From the NCBI RefSeq assembly GCF_041956535.1, contig NW_027192192.1, positions 1,057,796-1,121,795 of the forward strand: a stretch of 64,000 nt of DNA, read 5' to 3'. This stretch comes from Calcarisporiella thermophila CBS 279.70 (lineage: Eukaryota; Fungi; Calcarisporiellomycota). Of the stretch, positions 41,401-53,132 are shown piece by piece. The translations under genes were made by a program, and so were the position numbers. The first letter of the stretch is position 1. Every line of letters starts with the position of its first letter. The notes under the pieces are model-generated. The model did not search any database. It was not told the DNA's origin and worked only from the letters and a program-made list of their open reading frames with translations.

Positions 41401-43123
41401 AGAGAGATTTAATAATGCGTTGGAATTCAAACCAGGAATGGCAGAAGGGGGTGGCGGTGGCGGCGGGGGGGTTGGAAGACCCTGCTCCGACTGAACTTGC
41501 GCTCTTTGGAGTCGCGGGTCACGTAACCGTGGGTCACGGCGAGAAGGTGCGGATGGTTGCTGCGGAGCTGGAAGCCCTTGGAACTGGCCAAACGTTTGCT
41601 GGAAGGAAAAGAGCAGCCACATTAGTCACAGGGAGTTAGAGCGATATGAAACCAGATGGACATCGGAAAGTAAAGAAGATCGAGGAAACTCACCAACACC
41701 ATTCTATTCAAATGGTCGTTAGTTAGCGACCGCAGGGTCATGGTAATCACTTCAATAATAACCGGTAAGGGAATGCTAGCGATATCGAGCCTACTAAATG
41801 GACTATTGGCCCATATTGCTGCTAATATTGGATTCAGCTGTGAGGCGGACTGAAGAGGGACTTGGGAGGTTTCCGGGGGTGGGGGGGTGGAGGAGGGGGT
41901 GGTGGAGGGGTTTCTATTTTAGTTCGTTTTTCTGCGCCCGCATTGTTATTCTCTGGAGCCAATGGTCGTTTGCGTGCCTTTGCGCGGGCCCGATGATATA
42001 AAGCCACATCGTTGTCACCGCCCAGAGCGCTGACCGTTGCTATGATTTCATCTCTTTGGCGTAGTGCGGGTTCCATCCTATCAACATTGCAACATTTATG
42101 TAGTTTTGACGAATTTTGATCTAGATAAGTTTTTGCCCTTTCAACTTACTTCATGAGGACTACAAATACATTTTTGATGGCTTTTGCGATGAACTTGGCC
42201 TGCAGCGGTGCAAGATGGGACGGGGGAGGGAAATTCCATTTTGCTAGCGGCGGCACAATGATATCTTCAAATTGCGGGCGCTCTTTTGCGATTAATCCGA
42301 GCGCGTTAATCACAGAGGACAATACCGAGCATGCTCTGAAGCAAGGAAGAATATAAAGTTCATCAGCAAGCTCTCCAATGAAAAATGGGAAGGCAAAACA
42401 AAACTTACGAAATTTTGCTGTGAAGCATCGAAATCAGCGTGGCGATGATATCTTGAGACTCTCTTTCCAGTCCTATCGACTCCAATAATCTGTGCCCCGG
42501 TCGAACCGAGTATAATGATATTCTCACGACATCGCCCTATATAAACCCATCAAAACCGTAAAGAATCACCTTTTTTAGGGCATGTAACGAGTCTTTCAGC
42601 ACTTACAATAGGCCTTCCTCTCGACTGAACCAATACCACGGTCTGAAGGAATTTCACAGTAACGATTGCAATGCCTGCATGTTCTGAATATAAGTACTCA
42701 TTCAACGCCTTCTTGAACCTTCCGGTTGCCGTCCAGGCCTCGGCACCACGCGCAGATCCATCAACCAGTCTAGAAGCCGAAAGAGAAGAGAAATTCAATA
42801 GAGGTCCTCCATTTCCATGGGTTTCCGTATTGAATCCATGGCGTTTTTTGTAGGCTACTTACGCGAACTCAAATATATGGGGAAACAGAACGGTGGCCGC
42901 AGAGATCACTTTTTTTATAATTTTCGGATCCTTCTCATTTAGCAATCCGCTTAATGAAGAAATGGCGTCTCCGTAATCTAAGAAAATACTATACCATTAG
43001 GAATACATGTTCTCATAGGTGTACACTTTCTCTGATGAGCTCACCTAATGTAGATCTGCCCTGGTCTCGGATCGCGATCAGATCGTCCAGCCAACTGAAC
43101 AATTCTCCATTTGTATCACTCAT
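38484..43123 (-). CDS. PTA1: Symplekin/Pta1 (mRNA 3'-end processing scaffold); apparent 1-nt frameshift near 41885; 5' end uncertain
   Basis: Symplekin C-terminal motifs (VLQQLIDQPKIPTLFMVTVI, QVWKQPRLWDGFIRC, SFSVLSELP..QL) and N-terminal HEAT-like exons. More than 10 introns. Confidence 0.85.
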
Positions 43124-44275
43124 TCTTTCAAGAAAAAGTGAACAGGAGAAAGCCTTCACTAGAGATCTGAAATGACTCTAGAAAAAAAAAAAATAAAATA
43201 AAATGGATTAAAATGCAAACGGCGATGCCTCTCCGAATAAAGTACTATCTTAGCTCTACAATTTATCCTTCGTCGACTGCGCCACTATTTGAACTATATG
43301 AAAGAGATGCTTTGACAGAGGTCCATATAAACTATCATGATAGGAGTCACCTAATGACATGGGTTTGTCTATAGCTATGGGTCCTTGAATAGTGTGCTGT
43401 TTCAAATGTCCCAGCGCTAGGCTATTTTACTTTTTTCCCGAGTCGTCAAAACATTTGATATATTTTGATATTATAACCTGACCTATGTTCAATAACAGGA
43501 CCTTTCCAATGTATACAATACCATTCTATTGAGAGTATTCCTAACACAGTAAAAACGTGTTGATGCCTGTTCAATTTATTTTATCCCGCAAAGATGTTTT
43601 TTTTTCACCTGTTAAGGATAATAGAATATCTATACACTTCCTCTCATCCTATCTATCTATGTTAAATGGCAAGGATTCTCTCTACAAATTCTCTCTTCCG
43701 TCGCCTAACTTCCAAGGATCCTTTTGTTGCGTGATTGATTTTATTTGAGCCTCTAATTTATATTGAATATCTTATAAATTTCTCTTAATGTCATGTATTT
43801 GGAAGGAATTTGGGTCTGGTAGTGTGTAAAAATCGTATGGCTAATCACTCGTAAAGCGTTTGTTACTAGAGTGAGCCAAGTTTGGAATTGGCGATGAGCC
43901 GATGGATAGATTTAGGTTCTCAACATGAATGGTAGCCAAGGAGGAAAATTTGGGTAAGCACAGTTTAATTCGGGTTCTATCACAAGGATAAAAAAGGAAT
44001 CAGACAGTGTGGTGTGGGGTTACAATAGATTATGATATAAAATATTAATTTAAGAAAAAAAAAATAATTGCAAATTAGAAACAGTAAGCGAGAAGAGGAA
44101 AGAGCACAGGGGAAAAGAGGAAGGGAAAGAGGAAAGAGAAAAGAGAAAAGAGGAAAGGAGACTAGGAAATAAGAAGAAGAAATAGAAGAAGAAAGAAGAG
44201 AAAATGCAACGCTGTATATATAGACATATATAGGAGCGGAAGGGACGAAAGAAGCGCATGAGCTCCCTACCCATA

Positions 44276-45433
44276 TCATCGCATTGTCTTGATGGACAAG
44301 AGGTGCTGTTCTTCCTCGTGCTGAAGCTGCTTTTGCAGCTTTTCGCTCAAACTTGGCAACGAATCGTTCGACATCTGACGTTTCTGCTGCTTCTCCTTCA
44401 GTTCCAGGCTCGTATACCAGGCCCCACCGGCCAGGGTCAGCGCGATTCCCACGCCGTTGAGCCAGGAGATCCGGTCGGCGAAGATTGCCACGGCCAACAA
44501 GATGGTGAGGACCTGTTTGACATTGCCGGCGACGGTCATGGTGAGCGCGCTGGTCTTTTTATTGGCCGTGAAGGAGACCACGTTGAGGAAAAAGGCCATG
44601 GCGCCGTTGGCAAGCAAGGCCGCGACGAGAGGCCAGGTGAGGTCGGTCATGGCGAACTCCTGGAGCTCCTCCAGCTCCCCCGTCACATAGGCGTACACCA
44701 TGGTCTGCACAAAGGCAAGGGGCGACATGCGAAGCAGCAAGTCCAGGGGGTGCAGCTTTAGCCGCCCGACTTGTACCCGATTTGTCACGACTGTCTTGAG
44801 GGCTGCGAGCACCGTTCCCAGCACCGTGAGCACAAACCCGGCCATCGTGTAGTTGTACTCGCCAAACGTGGCAAAGGCCACCCCGGCGACGATCGGAACA
44901 AGCGACAGGTAGATCAAGGTGGAGTAGCGCTTTCCGAGGAAGGCGAGGGAAAGGAGGATGGTGAAGAGGGGCGTCATAGCGCGCACGACCTGATGGAAGG
45001 GGACGCTCACGAGGTTAAGCGACACATTGCTGATGGCAATGTTGATGGTATAAAGCACGGAGAAGAGCAGCATCACCATGCTCTCGCGTTCGCCCAGCTT
45101 TGCGGGATGAAAATACCCAAGTCTATAGCAGATGAATGCGCCGATGGCGGAACAGAGGGTGTGGATTCCGGTCAGGGTCCACGGATATCCAAAGTTGAAT
45201 GTTTTCATCACGGCCTTATTATAGAGAGTGAGCGTGAGATTGAGCACGAAATAGAGCCCAAGCCAAAGGTAAGCCCCTGCAGGCTCGAGCGAAGGAAACC
45301 GAATCATTCTGCGGCCAAACGGCTGCAGAAGATATGGATCATCCTGCGCAGTAGCAGCGGGTGACTCCGGGGGCGGGGTCGGAAGGGGAAATAGTGGGGG
45401 CTTAATTGACATGCCTAGCTTCTCCGACGACAT
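44276..45433 (-). CDS. Triose-phosphate/nucleotide-sugar transporter family (TPT, DMT superfamily)
   Basis: About 10 hydrophobic segments with LTLYNK, NIAISNVSL..VSVPFHQVVRA and TSALTMTVAGNVKQ. Intronless ORF. Confidence 0.92.
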   Translation of the reverse strand: MSSEKLGMSIKPPLFPLPTPPPESPAATAQDDPYLLQPFGRRMIRFPSLEPAGAYLWLGLYFVLNLTLTLYNKAVMKTFNFGYPWTLTGIHTLCSAIGAFICYRLGYFHPAKLGERESMVMLLFSVLYTINIAISNVSLNLVSVPFHQVVRAMTPLFTILLSLAFLGKRYSTLIYLSLVPIVAGVAFATFGEYNYTMAGFVLTVLGTVLAALKTVVTNRVQVGRLKLHPLDLLLRMSPLAFVQTMVYAYVTGELEELQEFAMTDLTWPLVAALLANGAMAFFLNVVSFTANKKTSALTMTVAGNVKQVLTILLAVAIFADRISWLNGVGIALTLAGGAWYTSLELKEKQQKRQMSNDSLPSLSEKLQKQLQHEEEQHLLSIKTMR

Positions 45434-46491
45434 TGGGTTGGAGAAGGAGATTTCGTAATGATGATGGGGGGTGAGTGGTGGCAGTTTGGCTAAATATTTT
45501 GGATGAAAATGGTGAAGAGAGGGGGTATAGGTTGAAGCGGCCTAAGGAACGGCAAGGGAGAGGGGCGCGGCAAGGAGATGGGGAGTATCAAGGGGAGAGA
45601 TGGGGGGGGGGGTGCGGGAAAGGAGGAAATCAGTAGTCCTGCTACCTTGGGTGGGAAGGGAAAGGGAGTAATGCTTCAACTAATGAAGATTGCGGATGGG
45701 GATTAGTAAGGGGAGGGCGGCTCGATGAATGGGGATGATCGCAGGGGGAGAGGCGAAGGCGGAGGGAAGGGAAGGGAAGCACAATGGGTAGAATCGTATA
45801 CTGGATACCAATCTAGATGCAACAAATGAGTGGGATGGGCAACATCAGACAAGAACAAAAATAAAACCAAAATAAAATAGGCGCGAAATGATTGCGAAAC
45901 AAATCATTCCTTCGAGAAAAATCAAACACCGCCCACAATTGCAGCACCCCCCTCCCCACGGTAGCACCAGGTGATATTCCACGGCGAAAAGCAGGCACAA
46001 AGATAGAAAAGCTTTGTTTGCGCATTTGTTAAGCCGAGCGGAAGTGCCCAGGACAAATCGCCGGGCGTGGGCCAGCGGGAGGAGGACAAGTCCCCACGGC
46101 CTGGCAGACTAATCGGGGCCGGCCGAGCTCCAGAACTCAGCCTCGATTATCCAGCCTGACCGCCTCTCTGCGCAGCAAATCGAAATCGGGCCCAGTGAGA
46201 ACACCGATCCGCTGTGCTCGCCCGCAAAACCACTAGTCACCCTCCGTTTCAACCACCGAATTCGAGCCCTGGCTATCTCTGCACTACATGGCTTGGATCT
46301 TTCTCCTCGTGTTGGGTCGAAAAGCCGGTGGCTCTTATTATTAACTCTATTCATCTATATGACAAACGGCTCAAAATAAAGCAAAGACAATATAGGACAA
46401 GTGTGAATCTAGCGAGGCCGCCACAATCGCGACAGCCGGCCGCTCGATGCTGAATGAGAGAAACTCGGCACCTCCCCCCCCAACTCCATCG

Positions 46492-47557
46492 TCAGTCTAT
46501 CGCTCTGCAATTAGCCAGAGGATAGACCCACACATCTCTAGCCCCCGCTCTTTCCAAGGCATCTAGCACGCCGGCCTCCTCCTTTTTCCCTATTTTCGCG
46601 GTGATTCCATGCCATCCAGCCCATTTTCCCCCCTTCAAATCGCTCACCAATGCATCGGGAAGTATGGCCAGAGCGGCTTCCAGATTCTCGGAAGCAACTC
46701 GAAAAGTACATTGCAGAGCCTGCGTCGCCCTCATTACTCCCAGGAAACGAGACGCAATTAGTGGCGCATATTTAATGCAGCGTGGATGGGGCGTCTGTGA
46801 CTGTATAAGAACCACCTGAGATGTTAGAAGACAGGCGATATCCTCTAGGCCAGCTGCTCGCATGGTATCTCCCGACTCTGCATTATGGTGATCGGTTAGA
46901 AATGGAAAGCTCTCATCCACACACAAATCCAAGAGACATCCGTGGGAAACTTACCGACTAAATCAACTGAGATTTTGTAACGAAAAAAAAAAGTTAGCTC
47001 AGGGTCCATGACTAGTGAATTTTCGCGCACTCACCAACCCCATCCGCTAATCCTAATGCACACGCGCTCTCCACACTTCCCCTTAAGAATTTTATTTCCG
47101 TTTGCGTCCCCTTGCGTCTGTCCACCTCGTCAAAGTAGCGTCTTGTGATGTTCACGTAGGAGGTTGCCACCCGCTTCCCCGCCAACACCTCCCCCTTTTC
47201 TTCTTGGCCACTTAATTTCTGCGCTTCAGCACTGGGAATTTCCACGCAAATCCTGCAGTTGACCATCCCCAGTTCGCACACGACACGTAATTTCTCGGCA
47301 ACCTCCGACTCTGCAATGCCATCCTGCCCGGTCACACCGAGGTCGACCATGCCCTCGGCAACGAGTCCGGGTATATCTTTGGCTTGAAAAAAGCACACCG
47401 CCATGGGAAGCTGGGTACATAACGCGATGTCCTGGTGGGGCTGACGCTCGAACTGGATATCGGAGCTACGTAGGAGCTGCACACAGCGTTCGTGCAGTCG
47501 CCCCTTCTTGGGAACCGCTATCAAGAGACGATCCTTGAGGTCGTTGGCAAGACCCAT
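46492..47557 (-). CDS. HIS1: ATP phosphoribosyltransferase (His1/HisG long form), divergent
   Basis: AVPKKGRL, DIP..V.EG..DLGVTGQD, and GSVESACALGLADGV|VDLV|ESGDTMRAAGL with a 12-nt micro-exon at 46966-46955. C-terminal NCR. Confidence 0.92.
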
Positions 47558-47764
47558 GGACAATAGAAATGGGGTGCAGTTTTACTTTAGAGTGATGTAG
47601 TGCTGGGAATCCTCCTCGTAATTAGAAGAAAGAGGTGCGATTTGGACCGACCACTAGACCTTGTCTTCTATTCGGACCCAAATCATCCTATGCTTAATTT
47701 ATTATCATCCTGTGTCAGAACATCGACAAATTTATATGTATGGAAATTCGGTTGATAAAGAGAG

Positions 47765-49137
47765 TCACAGAGGAATGGCAGTGGTCATCGAGCACCTAGT
47801 CTCGATAGATCGAGATGTGGGGGGTTTCGTCGCTGCGAATATAACCGCGGAACATGCCCTCGGAATTAAATGGAAAGGCAACTAGATAAAACCAACTTAG
47901 TTAGGTTTGCCCCGGCTACCAATCGACCTGCACTCTTCTCCCCAACTCACCTTCTCCATCCGGGCTTACCACGATAACACCTCCACTTCCACCCACGCTG
48001 CCCATGTGCTCCACCACTTTCGCCGACGCCTCCTGCACGGACTCGCCCAAATACTTGATGCGTGCGGCGATGTCGTGGCACACCGAATACCGAATGAAGA
48101 TCTAGTAGAAGGGGGGAGGGGTCCAAGACCTTAGAGGCGATTCTAAGCCCTCTCATGACATTCTCACGCGATTTACCTCGCCATTCCCCGTGCCAGAGCA
48201 CGCGCAGACCCCGTTCTCGGCCCAAGTTCCCGCTCCAATTATTGGGGTGTCTCCAATTCTCCCATCCATTTTATTGTTGAAACCCCCTGTGCTGGTAGCC
48301 GTCGCCAGATTCCCAAACCGATCCACCGCAACCGCCCCAACGGTGCCTTTGGGAAGGTTAGACTTATCATGCAAGGTTGGGTCAGGATTTTCTAGGTGCT
48401 GTTTCCACCGTCTTTCGGTGAAGAAGTAAGACGGATCGACTAGAGTGAGCCCCTTGGAGGATGCATATTCCTCAGCCGCCGCGCCACCCATGAATAAATG
48501 ACGAGCGGCGGAGTCTTCTTGAATGGCGAGGGCAAGTCGGATGGGATTCTTGACATGGTGAAGAAGTGTACAGGCCCCCGCAGTGCCGTTGGACCCATCC
48601 ATGACGGACGCCTCCAACTCATTCTACCACCGAAGGGTGCGTTAGTACAGGTTTATGACATGGTCGTGACCACGGCCACATGCATGCATTACCTTGCCGG
48701 TAATAGTGAACACGGATCCCTTTCCTGCATTAAATAGAGGTGAGTCCTCCATCACCTCAACCGCTGCCACAACCGCGTCCATGCTTGTCCCTGCCATAAG
48801 AGCCTTCCATCCAGTCCGCAACGCTTGTTCAAGTGCGGCCCGGTATTCCTTCTCGAGCTCAGGCGTCATGGAAGTGCGTTTAATCAATCCGGCTCCGCCA
48901 TGGATCACCCTGCATTAGAACAACGTTAGCAAATAGAAGAGAAAAAATAAAGCACGTCACTTGCAATGTAGGTCCATAATGGTTCGATGAGCGAGGATTC
49001 TCGGGAGGGGCATTTTCTTTGCCTTCCGGGAGTTTAAGAGAGAGCAAGTGGGTCAACCTGGAAAAGCATCCACTGGTGGATGGCTCCGGCGATTCTTCAG
49101 CCTTGAGAGGAGCCTCTTCTGGTTTTCCGGGAATCAT
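47765..49137 (-). CDS. Isoaspartyl peptidase / plant-type L-asparaginase (Ntn-hydrolase)
   Basis: PTLVIHGGAG, EDSPLFNAGKGS, autocleavage site G|TVGAVA, ATSTGG, GRIGDTPIIGAG, CSGTGNGE. The first intron is GC-AG. Confidence 0.93.
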
Positions 49138-50208
49138 GGAGAAATCAGTTGAAAGAAGCGCACCCGAATAGGAAGAATGAATAAAGAATCCGAGTATTTC
49201 ACTCTCCCCCATCTGTGGGGAAAAATTTCTCGTAAACCCTGTTTCGATTCACCAGATTTTGGAGATAAAACAGATTGGGTGAGACCTTGATCCAAGCTAT
49301 GAACTCCAAACGCACTCACTTCTTCACTCTCACCCAAGAAATAAAGTAGCATGGGACCGTTTGGCGAGCTCACGAGAACCCATCCTTATCAACGCATGCA
49401 CAACCATATATATGCCTATTGGTATTCAAGTTTGAGTCTCTGGAGAAGTCGAGTGGAAAAGTCGATGCAGTCTCCCACGCCAATCTGCTCAGGACGCATT
49501 TTTTCCTAACAAGGTCATAAGCGACGACCCCCTTGAGTCATCCTCGTTTCTTGCCCCATGGCAAGAGGATGTCTTTTCAGTTGAGAGCAGGCGAGGGCTG
49601 TCCCCCCCCCCCTCCCCATTGAAGAGCACATGGATATTCGAGGATCCACGCGATCTTGAAACGAAGCGTAGCCCAGCTCTTCTTGGGTTAGAATGTCTTA
49701 TCCGCATCCCAAACTCTCTATACTTGTCGGGTCCCACCGCCATCGCGTGCCGAACCCACGGTTGCCGCTTTACCCATCAACTAGGTTGATGGCCACCTAT
49801 TTAGGGGAGGCCTGATTTTCAATCCCATGCAGGCAGTTAGGTTTGCGGTTGGGGAGTTCTCTGCATAAATTCATGCTGCGTCTCTCTCCTTCTGTTTATT
49901 GACACATCAATTGCCATTTCGGTTAAATCGAGGCCTCTCCCAAGAGAGGACTGGTTGCCTTAATCCATCCGGCTCAAAGTATCTTTATCGTGGAATCATT
50001 GAGGGAGAAGAGAGAGTGGAGGGGAGAAAAACAGACAACGAAGAGAAGCAAACAAAAAACAGCATGGGCATATCATGCCGCCACTCAGAGGGGATGAACA
50101 GAAGTATAAAACAGCAAATTATGAGAAACGCACAAAAACTAGGCTTGGTATTATATAGCGAAAAAGCCAAATAAATATACACTATGACACTCCTCCACGC
50201 CTCCATGT

Positions 50209-50397
50209 TCAACGGGGGCACTGACACCGCTGAGCAACAGGAACGTTCTTCATGACTACGGAAAAATGTCAGCTGCCCAATCACACCAATGTCATGCCAA
50301 GGTGGCGAGCATCTTGCCATTTACCTTGCTCGGCATGGCGGCCACACCCTTGCCAGGTAGTCTTTCCGCACTTTCCACAAGTCACCGTGTAGCACAT
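50209..50397 (-). CDS. 39-aa cysteine-rich microprotein (not in ORF track)
   Basis: Exons 50397-50325 and 50255-50209, intron GTAAAT..GCTGAC..TAG. Gives MCYTVTCGKCGKTTWQGCGRHAEQVMKNVPVAQRCQCPR*. TATAAA at 50503-50498. Confidence 0.85.
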
Positions 50398-50428
50398 GAT
50401 GCAGGAATGAGATGGATTCTAAGTCTCA

Positions 50429-50444
50429 AGAGAGAGAGAGAGAG
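50429..50444. repeat. (AG)8 microsatellite in the presumed 5' leader of the microprotein gene
   Basis: Directly visible dinucleotide repeat. Confidence 0.7.
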
Positions 50445-51476
50445 AAAAGAGAAATCGCTTGGACCGAAACCGCTCTGCGACACAGTGATCCCCTTCCTTT
50501 ATATCTTGGATTGGGATGACTCCTCCTCAGAGTTATTCGAAATTGTCTTAGGTCCTAGGTCGATCCGATCTGACCGACGGAATTCTCGGGCCGGAAATCT
50601 TGAGATCAAACATGTAGAACGGCGGAAATACCATAAAAATCAAGCACTCTCGTCATGCATAGTCTCCGATACCTTGTTTCCTCCCTTAGCCAAAGAGCCC
50701 ACTGCCACTCCCCCCTGGCTGTGCTTTCTTATATCCGTTATAGTGAGGACCGAGTTGCCAAATTCGCCCCTCCATGAAAAATAAAAAGGCCTAGACACGG
50801 TGGGCAACAGAGCTTCACCAAAGGCAAGGGAAAACCATTCTTGCCGACACAGCAAACAGCATGGGCGAGAAACCGCGGCCCAGCTTGTCTTCGCGCTAGT
50901 CTAGTAAAACAACGAGTTTGAAGGGGGCCGGGCTTGATTCCTACCATGCCAAAAGCTTCTCTCATGGTTGTTGTGCTAGCACGTTGTGTCACTATATTTG
51001 GAAGTATTATTCTTGGTTCCACAGTAGATGACGGGAGGGGCGGCCGGGATTACAAGGCCGCTTGCAGCCTCATGCCTCTGATCTCCTCTCCTACTAAAGG
51101 ATGTTATCTCGCTCTCAGGCCCATCATTCTAAGCGACACTATAGGAGTTTATTTGGACGGGTTTGGAAGAGAAAGGTGGTACATGGTCAGTGGCAAGAAG
51201 CAATAGACAAAAGAGGAAACAACGCAAATTAAGGATGATAAAGGGCCATGGTAAGTAGGAGATGGGATGCTCGTTAAAGTGGGGATATATGTAAACAAAC
51301 AAGATAAATAAGCGGATCAATAGATCCATGGAGGCTGGTAAAGTATAAACTAGAGGGGGGGGGGGGTTATTTTAGGGTGGGTCTCTCCTGGCTTCCGCAG
51401 CTCTATGCATAACGACACCGAGTCGCGGGCGGGAAGGGTATCTCGTAAGAAGTAAAACAAGGTGGCGGGGCCTCCG

Positions 51477-53132
51477 CTATTTCTTAATCCACAGCCTTCG
51501 GTCAAGCATGAAGCGGATGATCAGAATGAACATCGATGAAAACACTGTAATTCCGCCCGTGAACATGAACATGGGCAGAAAATTCGTCCGGCCAGTCATG
51601 TCCAAGAGCAGGCCCGCGATAGGAGGCCCGAAAGCGTTCCCGAAGAAATTGGATGCATAGACCAGGCCGACTGCGGACTGAATGTCTTCGTGGCGGACCA
51701 GTTCGGCAACGACGACGGGATAGAGGGCCACAAAGCCACCTAGTGAAGAGGATAGCGCGTTGGTGTGAATAGGCGGTACATGGAGCTAGCCGAACCAAAT
51801 CAACACAAGCCTTACCTCCAAAGATCCCATAGAGAATCACAAAGGCCAGCAGGGAGCTGAACGAGGTTGCAAGCGGCCAGACCACAAGCCCGATAATTCC
51901 GGCCAAGAAGCTGCACAAAAACATCGTGTTCACGCGACCCCTATAGATGGGCATCGTGGTGAGTGGATGGGGAGAGAGAGAGGCTCCATTGGGCGACGCG
52001 TTGGAGCTTGGTACATGAAATTAGAAAAGCCTACTTACGCATAATCTGCAAAGCTCCCGATGGCGACTCTCGCGGCCGAGTTGACTCCCGACATGATACC
52101 GGTTAAGGTGGCAGCGGTCTGGACACTCAGCCCAATGAACTGAGCATGGGTGGACACCATGAAGAAGGGGGTCAGGAAGCCAAAGGTGACGAAAAAGCCA
52201 AACACCAAGAGCAGAGCAAATTTCGTGTTACTCAGGATCTGCAGTTCCCTGAGCCTGCCGTTCTGTTTCTCGGAGAGCTCGACCGCTGAACGGTCGACAG
52301 AAATGATACGCGGCCGACTGAGGCAGAGGGCGATGGTGAGAAAGACAAACCCTATAAAGGCTAGGATGCGCAGCGCCCATTGATACCCGACCGTGCCAAT
52401 AAGATATTGGAGAAGAGGGGATAAGGCCAGCCCGCCGAGTCCCGAGCCTGCAATGGCGATGCCCGAGGCCAATCCTCGCTTCTTCTCAAACCATTCGGCT
52501 GGCCCGCTGATGGTGGGGAAGAAGATAAAGGGTGCAGTGAGGCCGAAGAGGAAGCCCTGGGTGAGGTAGTATTGCCACAGCTTAAGGAGAGGAAACCACA
52601 AAGAGACGGGTTAATAATGGAAGGGGATCCCATTCTTTAGAGACAGCAGGAGAGTTACCTCGGTTGCAAAGCTGGCCAAAATCAAGCTGAGAGGCGAGAA
52701 TACGACGCCAATCAGCATGGTCCACCGCCGCCCAATGCGACGCTGCACAGGGTGTACGATTGGCCCCAACAAGCACAGGAGGGCAGCAGCAAGCGACCCG
52801 ATGATGGAGATTTGTAGGGTGTTGGTGTTGTTTACAAACACATGCTTTTGCAGATGCTGCTGCAGGACGCCCCACGAGTACACATAGCCAAACACAAAGA
52901 AGCAGGTGAGAAAGGCGGCAAGCACGATTAGCCAGCCATAGGGACTGTCGGGGGGAGCAAGCACCTCCACACCGGAGGCCCCACGCTCCGCATCCACCAC
53001 AGTGCCTTCATCGTCCCTCGCATCCTGGGAAAAAACCTCTTCAATAGTGTTAGCATCATATGCGGGGGCCAATGGGTCCAGAGGTTTTGTCTTCTCATAC
53101 GAGCTATCATGCGGCTCCCCCTGGCGCTCCAT
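51477..53132 (-). CDS. MFS transporter, monocarboxylate porter (MCT/Mch-like) family
   Basis: PPDSPYGWLIV, WFEKKRGLASGIAIAGSGLGG, GSFAD.|.GRVN, GPPIAGLLLD. About 12 TM segments and three introns. Confidence 0.93.

Noticed and set aside
43124-43360. Further upstream coding exons for symplekin (ATG at 43360)
   Set aside because: The splice combinations I tried hit stop codons. These are probably 5' UTR exons, and the true start is unresolved.
49774-49792. Perfect 8-bp inverted repeat CCATCAAC-TAG-GTTGATGG
   Set aside because: Isolated and short, with no supporting context such as transposon ends or target-site duplication.
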